Below, piece by piece: positions 16,851 to 20,000 of a stretch of DNA of 20,000 nt. Within the stretch, counting starts at the first letter, position 1. Each line of letters begins with the position of its first letter. Source of the DNA: an uncultured virus (IMG/VR IMGVR_UViG_2660238585_000005) (taxonomy: Duplodnaviria; Heunggongvirae; Uroviricota; Caudoviricetes); the IMG/VR virus record IMGVR_UViG_2660238585_000005. One strand, given 5' to 3'. The position numbers were made by a program, and so were the translations under genes. The notes beneath the pieces are model-generated. The model had not been told where the DNA came from. It saw nothing but the letters and a program-made list of their open reading frames with translations, and made no database searches.

Positions 16851-16940
16851 AATGTAATCCCCCCTTTATAATTTATATGAATTATAAAAATTGTCCTATT
16901 CAACACTATTTCTATGTAAATATGAAAAATATTGATATGT

Positions 16941-17141
16941 CTATATAGTTTTTTTAAATAGCATTTTTAAATCACACTCTGGAAAAAATTGTTCTTGTAT
17001 TTTAAGAGCTTCATCATAAGTAAATGAATACTTACCTGATAGTTTTAAATTTAAAGTATTGTAAGTTTTGCCTATGTATTTGGCTATAGATGCTTTTTTT
17101 ATTTTTTTCCTAGCTATCTCAGCCTCTAAATTAAGATACAT
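16941..17141 (-). CDS. Cro-like XRE HTH regulator
   Basis: 66-aa HTH (NLEAEIARK...TLNLKLSGKYSFTYDEA). AAGGAGG RBS. Divergent from the repressor. Confidence 0.88.
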   Translation of the reverse strand: MYLNLEAEIARKKIKKASIAKYIGKTYNTLNLKLSGKYSFTYDEALKIQEQFFPECDLKMLFKKTI

Positions 17142-17159
17142 TTGATGCTTCCTCCTTTG

Positions 17160-17300
17160 AACGTTATTTCGTTTGTAATTTTATGTTATACTAAATTTCG
17201 TTTAAAATCAACATTTTTTTTATTTTTTTATAAAATTTAAATATTTTTAAATGAAATTTCGTTTATTATGATTGAATTTACGTTTATAAAATGCTAATAT
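17160..17300. promoter_or_regulatory. Lysis/lysogeny switch: divergent sigmaA promoters with four operators
   Basis: Leftward TTGATT-17-TAACAT (17211-17183). Rightward TTGAAT-17-TAATAT with extended TG (17272-17300). Operators resembling AACGAAATTTCGTT at 17160, 17189, 17250 and 17271. Confidence 0.8.
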
Positions 17301-17325
17301 ATACAATAGAAAGGAGGTTTTTATA

Positions 17326-17808
17326 TTGAATAAAACTAATAAATTAAAACAACTAATTTTAAATAAATATGGTAGTATAAGAGAATTTTCTAGAATTGTA
17401 CAAATACCTAGCACCACATTAACCAGTGCACTAGATAAAGGTATTGGCGGAATGGCTGTAGACCGAGTTATTAAAATTTGCGATATATTAAATATAGATA
17501 TAAAAACATTTGATCCTCTAGATCAAGATAATGAAATTTTTTCTAAAAAAGATGATTTAGATAAAAATAAAGTTAATAGTTTTAAATCTGTTAAGGAACA
17601 AAATTTATTAAGCAATTTCTATAAACTTAACGATTTAGGAAAAGATGAAGCAATTAAAAGGGTTTATGAATTAACTCAACTAAAAAACTATACTGAAAAA
17701 AACACTAGCTTAAATATAAAAACTATAGCTGCCCACAATGACCATTTAACCGAGTATGGTGAAATGGATAGAATATTAGAAGATATAAAAGATATGAATA
17801 ATTGGTAA
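17326..17808 (+). CDS. CI/ImmR-like XRE repressor
   Basis: N-terminal HTH (YGSIREFSRIVQIPSTTL), C-terminal IAAH motif, no S24 peptidase domain. TTG start with AAGGAGG. Confidence 0.87.
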   Translation: MNKTNKLKQLILNKYGSIREFSRIVQIPSTTLTSALDKGIGGMAVDRVIKICDILNIDIKTFDPLDQDNEIFSKKDDLDKNKVNSFKSVKEQNLLSNFYKLNDLGKDEAIKRVYELTQLKNYTEKNTSLNIKTIAAHNDHLTEYGEMDRILEDIKDMNNW

Positions 17809-17824
17809 AGTTTAGGTGATTTAT

Positions 17825-18301
17825 ATGAATATATATGAGGAATTACAACAAGAAGCACATGAAAATAATATAATAGTAAAAGAAGTTTCACTTAAGTCAA
17901 GCTCTGATGGTCTATATTATGATGGAAAAATTGCTATAAATAAAACTAGATTGACTACTAATAAAGAAAAGGCATGCGTTTTAGCAGAAGAGCTTGCCCA
18001 TCATTATAAAAGTTATGGAAATATATTAGATACAGATGATATGTCAAATGCTAAACAAGAATATAAAGCTAGACTATTTTCTTATGATAAGTTAATCGGT
18101 TTAAATGGAATTATAAATGCTTGGAAAAATTATTGCAGAACTAAAGAAGAAATAGCTGACTATTTAAATGTCACTATTCCTTTTTTGGATGAAGCTATAG
18201 AATGCTATAAAAAAAAATACGACCCTTCTGTTCAGATAGATAACTATGCAATATCATTTTCTCCTAGTTTAATTATAACCGAACTTATCGATATATTTTA
18301 A
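17825..18301 (+). CDS. ImmA/IrrE family metallopeptidase (anti-repressor)
   Basis: DGLY...IAIN...EKACVLAEELAHH...KQEYKAR. It lies between repressor and integrase. AGGTGA RBS favours the ATG at 17825. Confidence 0.9.
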   Translation: MNIYEELQQEAHENNIIVKEVSLKSSSDGLYYDGKIAINKTRLTTNKEKACVLAEELAHHYKSYGNILDTDDMSNAKQEYKARLFSYDKLIGLNGIINAWKNYCRTKEEIADYLNVTIPFLDEAIECYKKKYDPSVQIDNYAISFSPSLIITELIDIF

Positions 18302-18461
18302 TACTATTTATGAAAGATTGCTATCAGCTTAATATATTCTAACTAGTATTTTTTCATAAATGTATTAATAGATTTTTTATAATCGCATATCTTTAATTAA
18401 TAAACTCTATACAAAATTAATATAATTTAATATCTTAATTAAAATAAATTTATAAAGGTGA

Positions 18462-20000
18462 ATGACTATGATAAAAACCTGTATTTACTTAAGAAAATCA
18501 CGTTCTGATGAAGAATGTGAAAAACAAGGAGAATTCGAAACTCTAAGTAGACATAGATCTACTCTTTTAAAATTAGCAAAAGAACAAAATCTAGATATAA
18601 TTGAAATAAAAGAAGAGCTAGTATCAGGAGAAAGTATTTCTTATAGACCTAAAATGATAGAACTTTTAGACGAAGTAAAAAATGGCCTTTATGATTCTGT
18701 ATTAGTTATGGATATAGATAGACTTGGTAGAGGTAATATGCAAGACCAAGGTATTATACTTGAAACTTTTAAAAAGTCAAATACTAAAATTATAACACCT
18801 AGAAAAACATATGACTTAAATAATGAATGGGATGAAGAATACTCTGAGTTTGAAGCATTTATGGCACGTAAAGAACTTAAACTCATAAATAGGCGTATGC
18901 AAAGAGGTCGAGTTAAAAGCGTTGAAGAAGGCAAATTTATAGCTAGTAAACCTCCCTATGGTTATAAATTTATATTTGATGAGTCTGGAAAAAAATCTAT
19001 GATCATAGATAATGATAAAGCAGAAGTTATAAAAATGATATTTGATTTGTATGTTAATAAACATTATGGAGGAGTTAAAATATCTTCCCACTTAAATTCA
19101 TTAGGATTAAAAACATCTACAGGTAGAACTTGGTATCCTAAAGTAGTTAGAGATATATTAAAGAATAAAACTTATGCAGGCTATGTTGTATGGAATAAAG
19201 TTGATAGAGGGAAAAACAATTCTAGAACTAGGCCCGTTGATGAGCATATTGAAGCAAAAGGAATTCACGAGCCTATAATAGATGAATCTATCTTCATAGA
19301 AGCTCAAAACCTATTTAAAAATAGCTCAATCCCATCTACAAAAAAAAATACATCTATAACAAATCCCCTAGCAGGTTTGATAATTTGCTCTGAATGTGGT
19401 CATAAAATGATAGCTCAACAGTCAACTTATAAAAATAACGAATTGGTTAAGTTTTTAAAATGTCTAAACTGTGGTAAAAATAGAGGTTCTAAGCTTAGTA
19501 TTGTTGAGAAAGAAATAATCAATGAGCTTGAAAATTGGATAGCTTCTTATCAAGTTTCAATTAAAAACCTAGAGTCTCCTAAGAATAATAATTCAAATTT
19601 AGAGTCTTACTACTCTATTATAAAATCACTTGATTGTGAATATAAAACATTATTAAAACAAAAAGAAAATTTACATAATTTATTGGAGCAGGATATTTAT
19701 GATGTAGACACATATCTTGATAGATCTAAAGTTCTTGCTGATAAAATTGATTTAAACAGAGACAATTTAACACAAGCAAAAAAAGATTTAAAAAAAGAAA
19801 AAGAGTCTAATTTTTCTATATCCGATATACTACCTCAAGTTGAGAACGTTTTAGAATTATATTATCAAAGTAATAATATGCAAGAAAGAAATGATTTGTT
19901 AAAAGAAGTTATAGACTATATAGAATATAGTAGAGAACCTAAAAAAAGACTTTCAAAGTTCAACATCAAAATATATCCAAGACTTAGATATAATAAATAA
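18462..20000 (+). CDS. Large serine recombinase (integrase)
   Basis: IYLRKSR catalytic Ser, DIDRLGR, PPYGY, HEPII, LAGLIICSECG...CLNC zinc ribbon and coiled coil. Start is 18462 or 18468. Confidence 0.96.
   Translation: MTMIKTCIYLRKSRSDEECEKQGEFETLSRHRSTLLKLAKEQNLDIIEIKEELVSGESISYRPKMIELLDEVKNGLYDSVLVMDIDRLGRGNMQDQGIILETFKKSNTKIITPRKTYDLNNEWDEEYSEFEAFMARKELKLINRRMQRGRVKSVEEGKFIASKPPYGYKFIFDESGKKSMIIDNDKAEVIKMIFDLYVNKHYGGVKISSHLNSLGLKTSTGRTWYPKVVRDILKNKTYAGYVVWNKVDRGKNNSRTRPVDEHIEAKGIHEPIIDESIFIEAQNLFKNSSIPSTKKNTSITNPLAGLIICSECGHKMIAQQSTYKNNELVKFLKCLNCGKNRGSKLSIVEKEIINELENWIASYQVSIKNLESPKNNNSNLESYYSIIKSLDCEYKTLLKQKENLHNLLEQDIYDVDTYLDRSKVLADKIDLNRDNLTQAKKDLKKEKESNFSISDILPQVENVLELYYQSNNMQERNDLLKEVIDYIEYSREPKKRLSKFNIKIYPRLRYNK

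Larger units (their letters stand above)
1..20000. mobile_element. Temperate siphovirus prophage (Clostridium-like), integrase-to-tail portion; extends beyond the left edge
   Basis: Canonical module order: lysogeny, replication/recombination, packaging, head, tail. The att site and lysis genes are not in the window. Confidence 0.96.

Noticed and set aside
17159..17170. GAAC-N4-TTTC resembling a Gram-positive LexA box
   Set aside because: It mismatches a conserved position and is better explained as one of the four phage operators.
17688..19091. Minus-strand ORFs 17688-17891, 18689-18934 and 18816-19091
   Set aside because: Antisense to repressor, peptidase and integrase. The hydrophobicity is a codon artefact, so they are not called as toxins.

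Overview
This is a very AT-rich, Clostridium-like temperate siphophage prophage, read from the distal tail gene (left) to the integrase (right). The lysogeny module on the + strand has an XRE repressor, an ImmA/IrrE metallopeptidase and a large serine integrase. It faces a - strand lytic arm: cro, a 59-aa ORF, YqaJ/RecT, a replication initiator with internal iterons, a DnaC-like loader, two small DNA-binding candidates, RusA, an ArpU/RinA-like late activator, TerS/TerL, an SPP1-type portal, scaffold, capsid, head-tail joining genes, tail tube, chaperone, tape measure and Dit. The ORF track misses four coding regions: Dit, the -1 frameshift chaperone extension, an AUA-start tail terminator gene and the 59-aa ORF. 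The most unusual non-coding signals are: (1) a 420-nt late leader holding a tRNA-shaped RNA with a shrunken anticodon arm, further hairpins and a terminator just before terS; (2) two TAGGACAA-N11-mATA boxes, resembling SpoIIID/sigmaE sporulation promoters, flanking the 59-aa ORF, a candidate recombination directionality factor; (3) a pseudoknot-like scaffold leader. All product calls come from motif recognition and gene order, not database searches.
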